DNA of 62,562 nucleotides, counting the filler, from Rhabdomonas costata (lineage: Eukaryota), in the NCBI GenBank assembly GCA_019059605.1. It is 29 parts of 29 records of this genome, joined end to end, with 100 filler letters (N's around TTAATTAATTAA, not from the genome) between each part and the next. Parts side by side here need not be neighbours in the genome. Positions count along the whole stretch, not along the records: positions 60,507 to 62,562 come from JAHMHO010006004.1; 28 more parts are not named here. The stretch is one strand, 5' to 3'. Of this stretch, positions 61,585-62,562 are shown one piece after another. The translations under genes were made by a program, and so were the position numbers. Each line of letters opens with the position of its first letter. Position 1 is the first letter of the stretch. The notes beneath the pieces were generated by a model that saw only the letters and a list, made by a program, of their open reading frames with translations, searched no databases and was not told the DNA's origin.

Positions 61585-62562
61585 AGGTATCAGCGCCTAC
61601 TGCCTCCGACTCTTAGTGATCACAACACCTTGACAGGTTTCGGTCCCTTGTGGAAGTCTGGTCAGCGACGACATGTCTGCAATTTTCCAACTTTTCTTCT
61701 CCACCTTTTTCAGGCGTTCTCCGCCTTTCTCCATCCTTTCGTTTTTCGTACTTACACCTACATTCCCCATCATCAGCAAAACCAGCTCATTCCAATCTCG
61801 CTGGGCTGCGGGTTTGAGGCCCATACGAGTGCATTTACACAGCAGGCCTGCGAGTTTAAGTTGCGCTCAGAAGAGAGTGTTGCAGGGGGCTATTACACCT
61901 ATTAAACCAACACCGGGAGCGTGCGCACACACATACACACATTTGCATCTCCGCTGCCGCTGCTTTGTGAGGTCCTTAGGAAACCTCACTGGCGGTTTAA
62001 AACCGCGGTTTGATGGGGGTATCAACCTTCACACACACATACACACACCGCGACTAATTCTGGGGAGCAGGTGCAGTGCTCCCGCCGAGACTGCATCGCG
62101 AATCCCCCCCCGACATCACCGCCTACGGGAGAGCCACTGTTCCGCCCTGGGGGGGTCACCGAGCCCACGACTGCCCCCACGGCCCCCCCGACCGGGAGGA
62201 TGGGGGAGGCCAGGCCGCAGGTCGGGGTGACCCCCGTGGTGGCAGAGAGGTTTTCCAGCTGAGGGTCCGCTCTGCAATTGTTTTGGGTTCAGGCGGGTCA
62301 GGACATGCCGTTACGTAAGCAAAGCCCAGTGTCAGTGGCATGTACAGTTCAGGGAGACCACGCTTTCGTGCGACGAGGTGCCGCGGAGCAGTCCTCATTT
62401 GTGGTGTCTTGGACGCATATCGTGCGCTGGCTGTTGCCTGCTGATGTATGTGTTTGTGTGGGTGTTTGTGTTGTGCATTGAGAATCCATCAACTCCTCTT
62501 TTCAGAACCCTCGGTTCTATCTGTAATTAATAGCCGACGGTGCGAAACCGGACCCATCCAAC

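Overview
This window is not one locus. It is 29 unrelated contigs of about 2.06 kb joined by artificial 100-nt linkers (N-run + TTAATTAATTAA + N-run). Most contigs are intron-containing gene fragments from a flagellated protist, plausibly a euglenid (inference). Recognisable genes: epsilon-tubulin, WS/DGAT wax ester synthase, two class III nucleotide cyclases, a PP2A-family phosphatase, PLAC8, an O-fucosyltransferase-like gene, Sof1/DCAF13, an eIF4E-like gene, a tandem SpoVS-domain gene, cullin, centrin and SHMT. There is also a decayed Merlin/ISXO2 transposase and a MITE-like element. G/T-only contig starts, C/A-only contig ends and fold-back ends suggest whole-genome-amplified (possibly single-cell) DNA. 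The outlier is contig 10820-12882: AT-rich, intronless and terminally redundant (exact 127-bp direct repeat, 1915-bp unit). It is built from three cassettes, each an AAAATTGA-type giant-virus early promoter, a small Cys-rich ORF and a conserved 3' element ending in a long hairpin with a 4-nt loop. It reads as a candidate Mimiviridae-like gene-cassette array or minicircle. GC-AG introns are unusually common in the host genes.
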